From the NCBI GenBank assembly GCA_010093815.1, contig ML996565.1: a stretch of DNA of 64,000 bases; one strand, 5' to 3'. The stretch comes from Pseudovirgaria hyperparasitica. Taxonomy: Eukaryota. Made by a program: the position numbers and the translations under genes. Position 1 is the first letter of the stretch. Every line of letters starts with the position of its first letter. Positions 1 to 13,351 of this stretch are shown here, one piece after another. The notes under the pieces are model-generated. The model saw only the letters and a list, made by a program, of their open reading frames with translations, did no database searches and was not told the DNA's origin.

Positions 1-1394
1 GACCACAGAGCCAGAGGCAGAGCAGCCCACAGAGGCTTTGGCAGAGGCACTCGTGGTCTAGACGGGATGCGAAGAATGCAAAGCCGCATGGGTGGTCCAC
101 ACGGAGGCAGGAGAGACCACATACATGTCCACGACCACGTCAACGCCGAGCACGGCGACAAGGACATGTTTGGCGGGCGTCTGCGCGGAGGACGAATGGA
201 TGATGACTGGAGCACGGAGTCTAGCGATCATTTCGTCGGCAAAGGAGGAGGAGGAAGATGCCGACGAGGGAGAAACATGCGTAAACATGGAGGAGACGAG
301 GATGACTGGGATGATGACGGTGATGATGGTGAGTTCTACACTGACTACTACTGAGTGGCGCCAGCGAGTACGTTGTGATCTTTGTGAATACACCACCATA
401 CGTTTAACATTCTTTCCTCCTTTCAGCTTATGGAACGTCATCATATCAGTTCGCTTCTCACTCCAACAAACACTAACAATACAAAATAGCCGCGAAACCG
501 CCAAAACACACCAATCCACCACCAGACCCAAAGACAACAGACCCACAGCCAACTCCGCAAGCCGCACCACCACCACCACCACCAGAAGACCCATCACCAA
601 AATCTCCACCCGCAGTCAATCCCCCCACCCCAAACACCACACCCCCTCAGCACGCCCAGCAAACAAACCCATACCCCATCCCCTCCTACCCACACCCAAC
701 ACACCCCTTCCCACCAAACCCCTACAACCCCAACCCAAGACCAGGATCCTATCCCCAGCCACCACCCTACCAAACCTACCCAACCGCACCCGCAAACCCC
801 AACTATACCATACCCGCCCAACCCACAAACCTCCAACGCCCACCATACCCCCAGCAAACGCACTTCTTCGACCAACAACAAGGTGTGGCGCCCGGCACCA
901 CGCTCCGCGGCACAGCAAACCAATACCCGTATCCATATCCATATCCATACCAAACCCAATATCAAAACCAACACCAACATCAGTATCCGAACCTGTATCC
1001 GAATCCGAACCAGCATCCGAACCAGCACCCGAATCCATACCCGAATCCGAATCCAAATCTAAATCCATACCAAGCGCAAGCAACACGTCGAGAAGCCCGT
1101 ATGGACGAGGATGCAGACGCAGATCCAGATGCAGATGCGAAAATGGGACGTGAAGGGGGTGAAAATCAGCAGGATGAGTGGGATGAAGGGCGGAGCGGGG
1201 AAGGTGGTGATGGCGATGAGGGGAAAGGTGAGAGTCCAGATGGGCGGGAAGGGGGAGAGAGAAGAGGAGTTGGGCGGAATGAGAGAAGAGCTGATAGTGG
1301 CAGGGAGCAGGATGAGAGGAGAGGGTTCATGTGGGGCGGAAGAGAAGGTGAGAGAGCGAGGAAAGGGAAGGGAGGGGGTGTGAAGGATGTCTAG
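1..1394 (+). CDS. Hypothetical low-complexity protein, 5'-truncated by the window edge (Gly/Arg/Asp-rich, then Pro/Tyr/Asn/Gln-rich, then Gly/Glu/Arg-rich)
   Basis: Frame 1 is open from base 1 to a GTGAGT donor at 329. A CTAAC branch and TAG acceptor at 489 join G|CC in frame to an exon running to the stop at 1394 (frame of the 885..1394 ORF). No recognisable domain. Confidence 0.6.
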
Positions 1395-1540
1395 GCATAC
1401 ATACAAGAATTCCTGATATATTATAAGAACGCGGACCTACTCCACAGCGTACAAATCCGACATGCCGCTCATACTCTCCATCTCTGTCTCACTCAGGCTA
1501 TCTGCAAGAAAAAAAACTTTCCATATTCAGTCGGCCATCA

Positions 1541-4137
1541 TCAGATCCCACTATCATCCTGGAACGGATTCGGCGGAATCGCACACCTCTTCTCGTTTTT
1601 CTTGAACCACGCGTCCCAGTCTTTGCACACCTGTCTGTGCTGCGCCATCTGCGCAACCATCTCCGGGTCCTTGGAGGACAGCAAGGTTTTCAAGTCTTCC
1701 TTGCGCTCGATGATCTGCATGGCCAGACCGCTGCTTGCGTGCCAGGCAATATGGCAATGCTGTAAAGAAACACGGGTGCGAGTTAGCAAAGAATGATATT
1801 TTCCCTGGGGGTTAGTAATCTTTGTAGCGGAAGGAGTACGTACCACAATCCATACGCCCGGGTTGTCGGCTTTGAACGCCATCACGAGGTAGCCACCGCT
1901 TGGGAGTAGGGCCACATCTCGGCGAGGCGGATTGTCCCATTTGAGATTCACCTTGCCGAGCTCGAGGTCCGTCCAGTCCGTTCCTTGGGCAAGCAATGCA
2001 AAATCGTGGCCATGGAGATGGATCTGTGATAGTTAGTTCAGGGACCATGAGACACAAAACGCTTGAATCATACCGGATGGGCCGTTGCAATCATAAGCCG
2101 CTCTGGTTTACCAACCACCGGCATACCTGGCTTAGGAAGGGGTACTGGCAGGTACTTTGCCGGTTGAGTGACGACCAGGATAATCCACTCATCCTTCTTG
2201 GCCTGGGATTCGACAATGACCGAGTCGTCGTTCCACGTCTTGTTGCTGAGATAGTCAATGGTGGGCCTCGCGAAGTCGATCCACATGGAATGGTTGGCGA
2301 GGAACCACATGCGGAAGTCATCGTGCTCATGTGGCCGACCAGGATTCTTCTGCAAGCCGACCTCAAAGTAGTCATCAGACGCTACAATGCGTAATCAGTA
2401 TGTCTGGCTCACACATCATCGATTTCCAAGTATTATCTTACGTGGCAAGTCCATAAGCGGCACTTTCCAGCGATGCATTGGCTTCAATTTGCTGTATGGT
2501 TCGTCACGACAGGTCAGATTCCAAGTCGGTCTCCATGAGACCGGCACGCTTGTCTCCTCTTTATTGTATCGGATGACGCCCTGTCGTTCATCGGGCTGGT
2601 TGCCGTCCTCGAACGCTTTACAACCATCGGCAGGAATGGCACGCAGCCAATAGTTGCCTTTGCTGGAAACCCATCCATTTGTCGGAATTGGCTCTGCGTG
2701 CAAGATCACATGGTATCGTTGACCTGAGTTGTGTTAGATTTGTTAGACTGATGGAATGACTGCACGTACCAATGCCAACCAAGATGTGGTCCGTAGTGTA
2801 CGGCTCGATCGGGACAAAATCGGATGTGACGACGGTGAGATTGTGGTTATCGATGCTGAAGATGTAGCTAACGACTGTGAGTAGTATTCCTACATGGAGC
2901 TCGTCAACCTACGCAGTATCCACGGAGGTGTTGATGATTCTCATGAGGTATCGATTGCCCTGAAAACCTCGTTAGCGAAGGACAGCATGATGCGGGAGCA
3001 ACTTACCTGTTTAATATGTCTGGTAAACTTCGTTAGGTTAAAAGCACCAGCAAAATTTCCTGTTGCAAGATTAGGCTGGATATCCACATGTAACCAGAAA
3101 CGCACAAAGAGTTTGCATACCTTTGCCGTTAATCAGCACACTATTCATCTTCGGTATACTCGGTTTGCCAGTCAATTCCCGAACGTAGTCCTTGAACGCG
3201 CTCTGATGGCTCCAATCTGTCATCAGAATGGGATCGAGCGCCTCATCGAATTCTGATGACGACGGGCCGTATATCGTCATTGGCCCTGCGACGCCATCAC
3301 CGTACTGCAGGCTGTAATGGCTGTGGTACCAAGAGCTACCTGAGAAAGAATGAGCAGTCCACATCGAGGCTCCAGCAGGGGACATTGTGACTTACCATAT
3401 TGCATGGCTTTGAAGATATATGTGGCTTCTTTTTTGGGAGCAATCGGGCATTGCGTGATGCCATTCACGCCATCCATGTGGACAGTATTCAGCTGCCTGA
3501 TGCCATGCCAATGAATCGTTGTTCCATTACAATCGAGGTTGTTCTTGACATGGATCTTCAGCGTGTCTCCCCAGCACGCTTGGATCCAAGGCCCCGGATA
3601 AGACCCGTTGAAAACCTTTCCATCAGGATTGTTCACGCCATCGGCATTGATGGTCTTCTCGCTCAAGTCAAGCCAGTACTAGAGCCTCGTGAGCGAAGCA
3701 CTGTGAATAAGGAAGTTCCGTCATACCTCGCGAACAATTCCGGGTGGGTAGTAGTTTTCATAATCTGTCGTGATATTGTACTGTTCCTTCGTTTCTGTGT
3801 TCTCAAGCCAACACTTCCGATTCGAAGCAGTAGAGCAATTCCGCCATCCCGGACGGTCGAAGTTATACTTGCATGTGAACGGCGGTGCGGGATTATCGGA
3901 ATCGGGACCTTGAAGAAGTTATAAACCTGTGGCACATGTACACGTGACCGGCTACGACATACCACTAGGTGAATCAAAGCGTACAGGAAACTTGGCGTAG
4001 GCGTCGTGTTCAGGAGGACCATTTGATAGATACTCTACCAATGGTTGCTGCGAGTTCGAATTATCCGAGAAAGGAGAGGTAGAGAAGAGTGCAGTGAAGC
4101 TAATGACCAACGACTTGCACGCTTCGAGAAACCTCAT
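1541..4137 (-). CDS. Laccase / multicopper oxidase (ascomycete AA1 type), multi-exon
   Basis: ATG at 4137 with a signal-peptide-like start (MRFLEACKSLVISFTALF). All four copper-binding motifs occur across the exons: HWHG, WYHSH, HP..LHGH (intron-split) and HCHIAWHASSGL. C-terminal DSGI resembles the ascomycete laccase DSGL plug. First intron donor GTATGT at 3962. Confidence 0.95.
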
Positions 4138-4220
4138 CTTGACTCCTGGCGCGAGGCACAACCGGTCTAGCAGCGAGTTAGTTTGAGCAGGTTTAGAAAT
4201 AATGGGCTCAATCCAAAGAA

Positions 4221-4228
4221 TATATAAG
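4221..4228 (-). promoter_or_regulatory. Candidate TATA box of the laccase gene
   Basis: TTATATA on the minus strand about 85 nt upstream of the laccase ATG. Confidence 0.35.
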
Positions 4229-5171
4229 TGTCAGGACCCGTAGCCTCGACTCAATTCGAGCTGAGCATACACTCCATCGACAGCTCCCGTGTATTTTCGT
4301 CACCAGACCAATCGACTCCCGATAAACGCAACTACCAGCCAGCCATATGTGCATGATGATTCCGGTTTGCATCAATTGTCCTTACATAAATGGCGATAGC
4401 TGCGTTCTGGGCGAAGCCAATCGAATCCTTTGATACAAAACGGGAAAGGAATGGTTGTCAGCCATGCCGGCTAGACTGAGATGGTCGGACAGTGGCGTGC
4501 GCAGATATGCACGCTTACTACAAGACTCTACGGTGAGAATGGGTGGTGTAAGCAGGAGAAGGTGGTAAACCGACCGGAACAGGATTGATACGAGGACTTG
4601 GCTCCTTGGGTATAGAGTTACTGTGAGTATGTGTCGCTACTCACAGGTTATATTGGCAGCTAGACCGCAACATTGCTCTTCCCATATGATCGTCAGACCA
4701 CATTCAGGCGGAGTTCGCAGGAGAGCCACCAAGCCATCGGACGCACTCTTTGTCAGACCTGGATTGAGTTCGACTGTCGAAGCTGATTCGACTGCTGACC
4801 ATACCCTGGCCAGGCGATTGAGGTCCAATGAAGGATAATATGATACATTCCATCACAGTTCAAGCAAGCTAGCAACTCTATGCCACGATTGGAGGGAAGC
4901 GCTTATGCAGAACATGAAGTGATGCGGCACTAGTCTTGCGAATGAAATGGGATTGTTAAATGAGAAATGAAAGAGGTGGAGATGACTGCTGGAGGAGTAA
5001 ACAGCTGGACTTTCCAAGTGTCTGAGTCCGGGCGCCAAGTGACCGAAAGCGGTAAGGGGCGGTCGCCTTTGGACTGCAGCTCTACTAAGACTACAGGATC
5101 GGGCCGTCATGGATGGGGAAGTCCAGTAGAGTGATCGAAAACATGGACTTTACTGCATGTATAACACCATG

Positions 5172-6629
5172 CTAGTAAGAGCCGCGTATCTTTGATTCCA
5201 TATCTGATGTCGAGGATAAGGGTTCTCCTGGCGCTCTGCTCCAGAATCTCGAAACCCAGGAGCCAGTACCAACTCTCCAGCGGCCTCTATCAAAACGATG
5301 GCATATTTCAAAACAGGCAGCACTATGACTCGACGGCTGATCGACAGTAACCTCGTCAGCAGGACTGTCAGGCCTCCAATAGTAATCTTCAGAAGGGAAG
5401 TGATGCCACTTCAACTCCCCAACAAAACCCCTATTGCAACCTGGAACATTGCAGAACGTGTTATGCTTTAAGCTCTGAGGCAGATCAAGCTTCAACTCCT
5501 CCTCCCGGAGATTCCGCAGCCAGAGCGAGTGCGCCGGCCGCGCGATGGGGAAGACGCGTCTCCGATAGAGCACAAGCTCGGGTATGCCACGGCACCGATG
5601 CTTCCAAAAGTCAAAACTGGTCCAACAAATGTAGCACTCGTCCGGGGCCACCCGTCTGCCCGGCCGACAAAAGATGTCTTCGATCTCGGTATCACCCATA
5701 CAAGCACGTGGCCAAAGCTGATCGCGTTCGAAGCCCGATGCACATGCGTTCGGCGTCTGGTTCCAGGACTTCTCAAAGGTGTCCTTGAATGTAAGCCATA
5801 GCTTCAACGCCCCGATATGGGGGCAAATAGGAGCCGCTACGCATGCTTCCAACAGGGTATCTAGCAGAGTGTCTTTGAACGACGATCTCGCCGCCCGGGT
5901 GTCGGATTCTAGTGTCGCCACCCGGTCCACGTTGATGATGGAAGCGTATCCGTCCTCCTCGAAGAACAGCGTAGGCTGTTTCCCGTGCCTGTGATCCGGG
6001 GCCTCGCACAGTACCAGCCCGGCAGATGGCGTTGAAATATCATTTTGACGACGAATGTCCTTCAGGTCGTTATACGATAAGTCGCGGTGCGGACATACTC
6101 GGATGCTACCACGACGCCCTATACAAGTGCGTTTCTTGTCCTCCATCTCTCGCTGTTCGTCCGAAAAGTAGTGCCACCAGTGATGCACGCCGCATCCGCT
6201 ACACCAGAGACTTGAGCGAAGTCTGTAGCTGCGAGGCCCTGTTGCCTGGTCATGTGCTCTACACCGCTCGCATGAGAACAATTGGCGATATATTCTTGCG
6301 CCTCGTCCTCTGATACACTTTGTCCTATCATTTTTAAACTTGTCGGTATGAAGAAGACGAAAGAGCTGTACACATGTCCTCGCAACGCTACCCTTATCCG
6401 ACTCCGACAAATAGCTTGTTATTTGGAACAATAACTCATTCGGAAGTCTTGTAAGACGGTCCTTAAAGGGATCTGGAAGGTGGGGAGCTGTTTGGGCTGA
6501 CATTTTTCCACCAGGTCTAGGGACGACGTCGTGGAAATCTTCACCTTCATTGGGGTGATCTTTGGTGCGTCGCAGTATGCGTTTGAGCTGTTCAGACACC
6601 GACGCGAACGACATCCAATGTTGAGGCAT
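5172..6629 (-). CDS. F-box domain protein with Cys/His-rich C-terminal region
   Basis: Long intronless ORF; first ATG is at 6629. F-box signature LTRLPNELLFQITSYLSESDKGSVARTCVQLFRLL, followed by several CxxC motifs (CERC, CSGC, CYIC). Confidence 0.8.
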   Translation of the reverse strand: MPQHWMSFASVSEQLKRILRRTKDHPNEGEDFHDVVPRPGGKMSAQTAPHLPDPFKDRLTRLPNELLFQITSYLSESDKGSVARTCVQLFRLLHTDKFKNDRTKCIRGRGARIYRQLFSCERCRAHDQATGPRSYRLRSSLWCSGCGVHHWWHYFSDEQREMEDKKRTCIGRRGSIRVCPHRDLSYNDLKDIRRQNDISTPSAGLVLCEAPDHRHGKQPTLFFEEDGYASIINVDRVATLESDTRAARSSFKDTLLDTLLEACVAAPICPHIGALKLWLTFKDTFEKSWNQTPNACASGFERDQLWPRACMGDTEIEDIFCRPGRRVAPDECYICWTSFDFWKHRCRGIPELVLYRRRVFPIARPAHSLWLRNLREEELKLDLPQSLKHNTFCNVPGCNRGFVGELKWHHFPSEDYYWRPDSPADEVTVDQPSSHSAACFEICHRFDRGRWRVGTGSWVSRFWSRAPGEPLSSTSDMESKIRGSY

Positions 6630-8115
6630 TGTGAGAAGTTTTGAGCAATGAGTTTTCGAAGTGATTGGATCCGTTCGGGGGCAGTGATATTTCAATGTGA
6701 CCAAGAGCGATATACTACCCGGGTCGGTCCGCTGCGGACTTCTTCAGTAGTATGGTTACTTTCGATTTCGGTCCCAAGTTCATGCATGCTACTGCAATCA
6801 GAGCTCATCACTTACTCAAAAGGTTGCCAGTCGTATACTCTTGATTTGAAGACTAGGTACATGAGACTATGGATGTTGGACTACAGGATACATGCATGCA
6901 AGCTCACTAGCTTCGCCTCTGATGGGTACTCGCCTCATCACAACAACATCCGAGACAGAGATATGCGCATAACTTATGATAGGTCGCTGTTGGACGACCG
7001 TCAGTATCAGAGATCAGTGCGCCAATGGATGGAGCTGGACCGTTGAGAGTCGCTGAATGTTTTGGCGTTCAAGATCGACTGCTCGACCAGACTGTTTGAG
7101 ATCGCAATTCATGTGGAGGGGTTTTGGCGTACCCTGCAGGGTGTCGGTCTGACGTGAATCGTTGTGGAAAGACTGCTAGTGGTGTATCGGTATCGAATTG
7201 AAGAATTTCCCATTATGAAGCGAACGAAGCATTTTTTGTGATATCTGCTTCGGGAAAATCTGGTCTCCCCTCTGTTGATATAGGATCTCAAAGAAACTTG
7301 CCTGGATGCAGAGAAGCTGGGATCCTGTCGGACTGAAACTTCCACCCTATAGCCTGCAGAGATCAAAGCTTTTGTCCCTTGGTATCAGAATGTTAAACTG
7401 AACAACCTCGAAATAGTGTGTTGTGGTGTTTTGTCGCATCTAGGATCCCACCTCATCGAAACCTGAAATCGCTTGTCTTGTTTTATGGTGTGTGACCAAA
7501 GTCGGAAAGCCAGCTTGGACTCACGTAACTTGAAGTCCCATTGCATCAGAATCCACAAACAACTAGCTTGCATCCAAAGAACTTGTTGTTTCAATGCATC
7601 AGAGTTTCGACAGAGCCAGTCTTGAACCGTGCAAATCAGTCTTCTATTGCCACATACCGTCGAAACAGCTGACCCAGACTTATTAGATCGGAATGTCCAT
7701 CGCATGGAGATTCGGATTTAGTCAACTTGGATCCTCGGAGTCTCTATGTCGACTTCATAGAATCCTCGAGACTGTCAGCCTGGAAGCACCAAAAATGCCA
7801 GCCTGTAGCATCGAAAGTCGATCGTGGTCGGTAGGTAAGTTTGTTTGGGGTTTGTCTTGGTTTCCCAATCCGGGTTTATGTCCGGAAAGGTACTCGTCCT
7901 CAGCACTGCGTAAAAGTGCAAACCCTCGCTGAGGTCACAGGACACGTCTGAGCCGTGTACGACTGTGCTTGTCATCCTAGGTTGGTGCTGCGCCGTATCG
8001 CACCTAGGATTCGGTTGGCGGCCTAGAGAACCACGGTATTCGGTTCTCTATGAGGCCCGGCTGGCTCTCCTGACTGCTCACCAGGAGCAGTCTCCAACCC
8101 CCCTCCCCCTTCTCC

Positions 8116-8436
8116 TCACCTCCCTCTCCCTCTCCTCCTCCCTCCCCTCCCTCTCCTCCTCCTCTCCTCCTCCCCCCGCAGCCACACCCACAACCTCTCC
8201 TCCTCTCTCCCCCTCCTCTCCTCCTCCCTCCGCAGCCACACCCTCACCCTCTCCTCCATCTCCTCCATTCTCCTCCGCACCTCTCTCTCCACCGCCTCCT
8301 CAATCCTCCTCTCACTTCCATCCCCTTGCCCGAACCATGCTCGCTGGATGCAAGCCCAGCTGAGAACGAAGGCGACGCACGTCGCCCAGGTGCCAAGGAT
8401 GCCAGCCTTGTCCCACCAGGAGGACATGTCCGCCAT
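8116..8436 (-). CDS. Possible small membrane-anchored, charged-helix protein (orphan)
   Basis: ATG at 8436 (MADMSSWWDKAG...), one hydrophobic segment (ILGTWATCVAFVLSWACI), then an E/R-rich helix. The 3' part lies in purine-rich low-complexity DNA. Confidence 0.35.
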   Translation of the reverse strand: MADMSSWWDKAGILGTWATCVAFVLSWACIQRAWFGQGDGSERRIEEAVEREVRRRMEEMEERVRVWLRREEERRGREEERLWVWLRGEEERRRRGRGGRRRGRGR

Positions 8437-9796
8437 CGTCTCTGCTGGCGGCTCGGGGTTCGGGGGGAGGTCGAAGATAGGAGGTCGAGGGAGTGGTGGA
8501 GAGGGCTGAGGCAACGGAAGATGCGGAAGGGATGGGCACCAAAGAATGAATTTGTATAAAAAATATACAAAGGGTAAGAACGAAAGAAGATAGTAATAGC
8601 TCTGTGAAAAGAGCAAAGAATGGATGTTCTGGCGGATTGTGTTATGATGCCAGCTGAAGAGAGGAAGAGAAGAGTAAGGGAATGGAAACTGGCTTTTATA
8701 TTCAGATCATAACAGCCTTCTCATCTCTTCCTTCCCCCCTGAGTTCTGATCGAGGAAGAGCTTATACCAGACGAAACTTCTACGGTTGAAATTTGGAAAG
8801 ACCTACGGCTACCGTCTCCGTCAGTAACGACTGATCTCTTCGTCCATGGTCCGTGTTGGAAAGGAGTACCCGGTATAGATGGAGGGCCATATGCCTCTGC
8901 ACCAGGTGTATATAGGTACACGTCCGTGAAAGCAAAAACAATACGTCTCACACAGAAATCTCTAGAGTGCTACATACACACACGCACACACGTTCGGCCT
9001 GACCCAGGGCATTTTAAACATATGTAGAATTTTCCTCTATCAAAACATATGTAACACTGACTTTGAATTTCCCCCGTGACTCGCCCGCGATACAGAATGC
9101 CGCCTCGCCACGATGTGACACTATAAAATAAAAACCCAATAACACAAGCTCCCTGAAGTCCTCATTTTCACCTCCCCCCTCCAACAAAAGCCAACAACCC
9201 ACCACCTTCCAGCCTGCCAACCTACCAACCATTCACCGGCCAGCCGGCCAGCCTGAAAAGCCACAAAGGTAGAGGGCAGGTAGAGGAGGAGGGGGCTCAT
9301 CGCTTGCTTGCTTGCTAAAAAAGAAGATTGATGAAAAGATACCAAAGCGAAGTCAACGCCAAAATCAATGCATTTTAGTCCAGTATGCATGCAACTAGCT
9401 GTTTCTAGTATGTCTCTCCACAGCAATGGTTGGGAGTTGGGCTTTTATAGTGACACAACTCAGAGGAGAAAAGCCCTTAATGACTGGACATGGACGATCA
9501 ATGCCTCGGCGTCGATGTGCGTCCCTGTTCCAAGACGGTATATACAGAAAAACGCGCTGAGATTCTGTCGCAAGTTGAGTTCGGTAGAGTCCTGGACTCC
9601 AGTCTGAACCAAGGACTTCAGGTACGTCTGCTGATGATGACCAGATCCTGACGCCTCTTTTCGCTGTGAGTAGGCGGGATGTCTGATCTATCGTAGTGCT
9701 TTTCAAATCGCGGATGGCCAAGCTCCGCATGACACCATGTAGACTGTGGTATCAAATGTCGATCTGATGGCGACAGTCTGTCGATTCAGTTCGAGA

Positions 9797-12700
9797 CTAC
9801 CCTCCTTTTCTATCTGCTTCATTGACGGGAAGTGGCTCCCCATAGCCCTTACTTGCCTCTCCATTTGCTTTTGCACCACCATTCTTCTTCTTCAGTCTCT
9901 TCTTAGAACCCGTCTTCTGCCATACTCCAGATTGTGGTGTACTGGCGCTATTGGGCAGACCGTTTGTTTCAAATTGATTCGTATCCGTAGTGATCCTAGG
10001 AAGAGCTGCCTTTTGTGACTGTTTGGAGTCCGTTGATGACTTTGGTGGCAGAGCAATAGGACGATGTTCGCTATTAGTCTTCCCGTTTGGTACGGCATGT
10101 AAGAGAGGCTTGACCTGACTAGAGCTTCGAGTCTCAAGAGCACGGCTGGCTGTTGGAGATGGTGTCCGGGTTTCCAGCACGGGAGATAGCAATGGACCTA
10201 GACCAGCAGATTTGGGTTCGTGCAGGAAGCTCTCCCGACTTTTAGGAATTTCGATAGCCTGAATGCCTTCGGTAGGTTGGTGGTGTCGTTGTGATTGAAC
10301 CTCGCGAGTTCCCGATCTGTTCATGGTCTCAGCATCGCCATTCGAGTCTTTCCAACGAGGGGACGCCATGGAGTTCGCAGACGCTGAAGAATATGAGCTG
10401 ACAATGGTCGGACCCTTTGAAGGAGCAGTGACATGACCTCCATTACGTGTGGAATGATCTCCAATGTCACGCCGCTGCAAAAGCTCATTGGCTTGAAGTT
10501 GTTTCTGGCGTGGCTCAGGAAGTTCCAGCGGGAAGACACTATCGGACGGCGACGTGTCTGATAATGTCGTGGCACTCCTGGAGCTTTCAACCTCATCTCG
10601 CGAAGGTATGACCCTGCCTGGATCGTATGATCCATTCACAATGAGTAGCCCGTTCTCTGGATTTGGTTGTACTGAGCCTAATCTGTCTGCTTTGCCAGGA
10701 CGCGCAGCTCCAGTTGGAGTCAAGCCAAGACCTTCGCTGGTGGAAAAGCTTCGAAAATGACTGCCAAGTGGAGAGGGCGATCTTGAGTACTTCAGCGAGC
10801 TCGGGAACAGTGAGCTTGTGTGGTGTTCTGGTATGATTCTTCGCTGGCGCTGGCGTCCTTCGATCTCGCTCCAGGAAGGAATAGGCTGGACTGTGAAGTC
10901 TTGTGGCTTGGGTGACTCGCCTATATAATAGCCCAGATACTCTTTTGGGATCCCACGATCAGCTGGCTGAACCGGCTGCGGCAGATTCGTACTAGTGTTT
11001 AAGGGCTGGTGAGGGAGCTCGGCGCTTGTGGGTTGCTGGGGTGCTGCCTCTTGCAATGGATGTTGCATCTGATGTAGGTCGTAACGGGGCTGTGACAGAT
11101 ACTCTGGTGGTATCGCCGGGATTGGATAGCCCGGAATGGCGTGTGAAGGAGGGAAGACGCGAGCAGGCTGAGAGTGTGATCTTACCGATGCAGCTGGAGT
11201 GTCACTTGCCGCAGAGCTGCGATGGACCGTCCGCCGAAGATATGGCATTGTTGCTGCTAGGGATGGCGACGAAGGATTTGTCCGACTGCTGCCGTCCGGT
11301 GATGCCGCAGACGCCATTTGCTCCAAGGTTCGCGGATAGTGGTATAAGTATCCATGGAACAGAGGCGCTGTCGCGGGACCATTGTCCGACATCCTTGGGC
11401 TTGTCATCCCAGACGTGTAGCCGGACATTTGGGGTGATCCACTGACACTATGAGTTCGCCCCTGAGATTGAGCCATGATCTGCGCATGAGCCTGTGCCTG
11501 AGCTTGTAGATGTGCTTGCAGCTGAGCATGATGCGCGCCTGCGTGTGTCTGCGCGTACAGCTGTGCCTTTTGTTGCTCCAGGAGCTGATATTGGTGATAG
11601 AGCTGTTTGTGAAGATCATTCACGTATTCCTGTGGACCTAGCGATGGACTTTGTAAGAATGGAGGGCGATTGTTGCCGAAACTTGCAGCGCTTGACGCCC
11701 TTCGGCCATACATGTGCGTACCTTGTCGACTCGAGACACCACGCGCCTTGGAGCCAGATCCACCGCGGCCGCCTCGCGTCGAAGTGGGCGTTGTTGAGGT
11801 GAGAATTGCCTTTGTTGCACTGGGCTTCTTGAATATCCCATTTTCCTCGGTGTATTGCGGATTTTCGGTGGGATACTCATACTGCTCACAGGCCTCGGTT
11901 AAGCGGCCTCCGTTCGCGAGACAGTCGAATGCACGTCGTATCTCTTCATGAATACCACGAAACGCGGTATCGTCCGCTGAGTTGCCCAGATTTCTCGACA
12001 CATTAAAAGGTTCTTCGACGCAAAGTCTATCCCGCCCCTCTTTGACTCGATCGTCCACGTGCCACTTCTTCTCCCTGCGCGAAAGTAACCTTCCGTTCCG
12101 GACGGAGATGACCGAAGTCTCGTAATCCAGTTCATGACCATAAAGTCTGAAGAAATGGAAGAGTAATTGACCCAGAGTTTCTTTGTTCGACTTTCCAGAC
12201 CCTCTGAGAGCGTCCAGGTCGTCTGCGAATTCCGATTGGGTGCCATCGCTAGTTAGCTTTCTATGCCCTGCTATGTTATGAAGTGAAGGTAAAATGGGTG
12301 GGTCTCGCGTCTGTAGAAAGTTCAAAATCATGCAGATCCAGGTATACGAGCTAAGGGTACCGCCGAGAGCTACACCAATTAGAACAAGCACGACACTGCT
12401 GGACAGTCACATACCAGCGTCGTTCAGAATTCTCTGCTTTGTCCAATGTTTGATGATCATCGCCAGAGGTCGCACCCGCTCATCAATCTGGACGTACGTC
12501 TTGATCATGCGCGTGTTTGACAAGGCTAATGTATTATTGACATTCATATCACATGACAGCAGCAGCTCCGGATCCCAGATCTTGACGATTGGGACTTTCG
12601 CAGACGGCACACACACCACACGGTCCATCCCATCTGGTATCTCGTTAGCATCCATGCCACGCCGGACGACTGACAACGAGCAAGCATACGTCGTGCAAGG

Positions 12701-13351
12701 GCATCAGCCAAGTAGTGCATTTTCTCCAGTGCCTTCATCGGGGTTTGAATGCAAATGTCGACTAGAATTGTCAGTCTTCACGACCCTGCCGGTTCAGAAG
12801 GACATACCATCTGAGTCGCTGGTATAGAGCATGTTGCCAGAAGACCCAAAAACGTGAACTTTGAAGTCTTCTGCAGGCCATTCAGTCTTTAAAATGTGCT
12901 CTAGTTTTTGAACCAATTTTGACCTGCTCCGCTCACTCTCCTGGGTTGGAAGTAAGCGATCGTACAACTCTTTCATATCAGCAGTAAGCTTCTTGTCCTC
13001 ATCTGGACTCAAATGCTGTTTCACATTTTCGATCTTGTCTAGAGGAGCGTCGCCAATGTTGTAGGGTATCCGTCTCCGGCTAGAGACGCCACCTGTCTCG
13101 TAGCGACATCCTGACGCGCGTGGTTTTCGTAAGGAAGGTAGAGGGCCATTTGTCTCTGAGGTGACAGAACGTGGAGAGTGGCCACCGAGAGTGGCACGCG
13201 GGGATGGTGATCTTGAGCGAGCGCGAGGATGTTGGAAGGGCGTGGTAGGGACGGAGCTGGATGGTTGCGATACTTGCGCAGAGCGTCTCAGAGGCTGCAG
13301 TGGGAGCTCATTTCTCAGTGTACTCATAGCTGGACCTTCTCTTGATGTCAT
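9797..13351 (-). CDS. Non-canonical poly(A)/nucleotidyltransferase of the Cid1/Cid13 family with a long disordered C-terminus
   Basis: Spliced NTase core FGSSGNMLYTSDSD|VDICI, then KVPIVKIWDPELLLSCDMNVNN and GGTLSSY, and the PAP-associated motif LCVEEPFNVSRNLGN. Three GT-AG introns between about 12380 and 12810. First in-frame ATG at 13351; the frame stays open upstream to about 13630. Confidence 0.9.

Noticed and set aside
92..1153. 353-aa ORF and several antisense ORFs
   Set aside because: Wrong frames. Splice signals support frame 1 joined to the 885..1394 frame, and the others stay open because of skewed low-complexity composition.
6648..7975. Several 65-130 aa ORFs upstream of the F-box gene
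   Set aside because: No motifs and no consistent splice structure could be built
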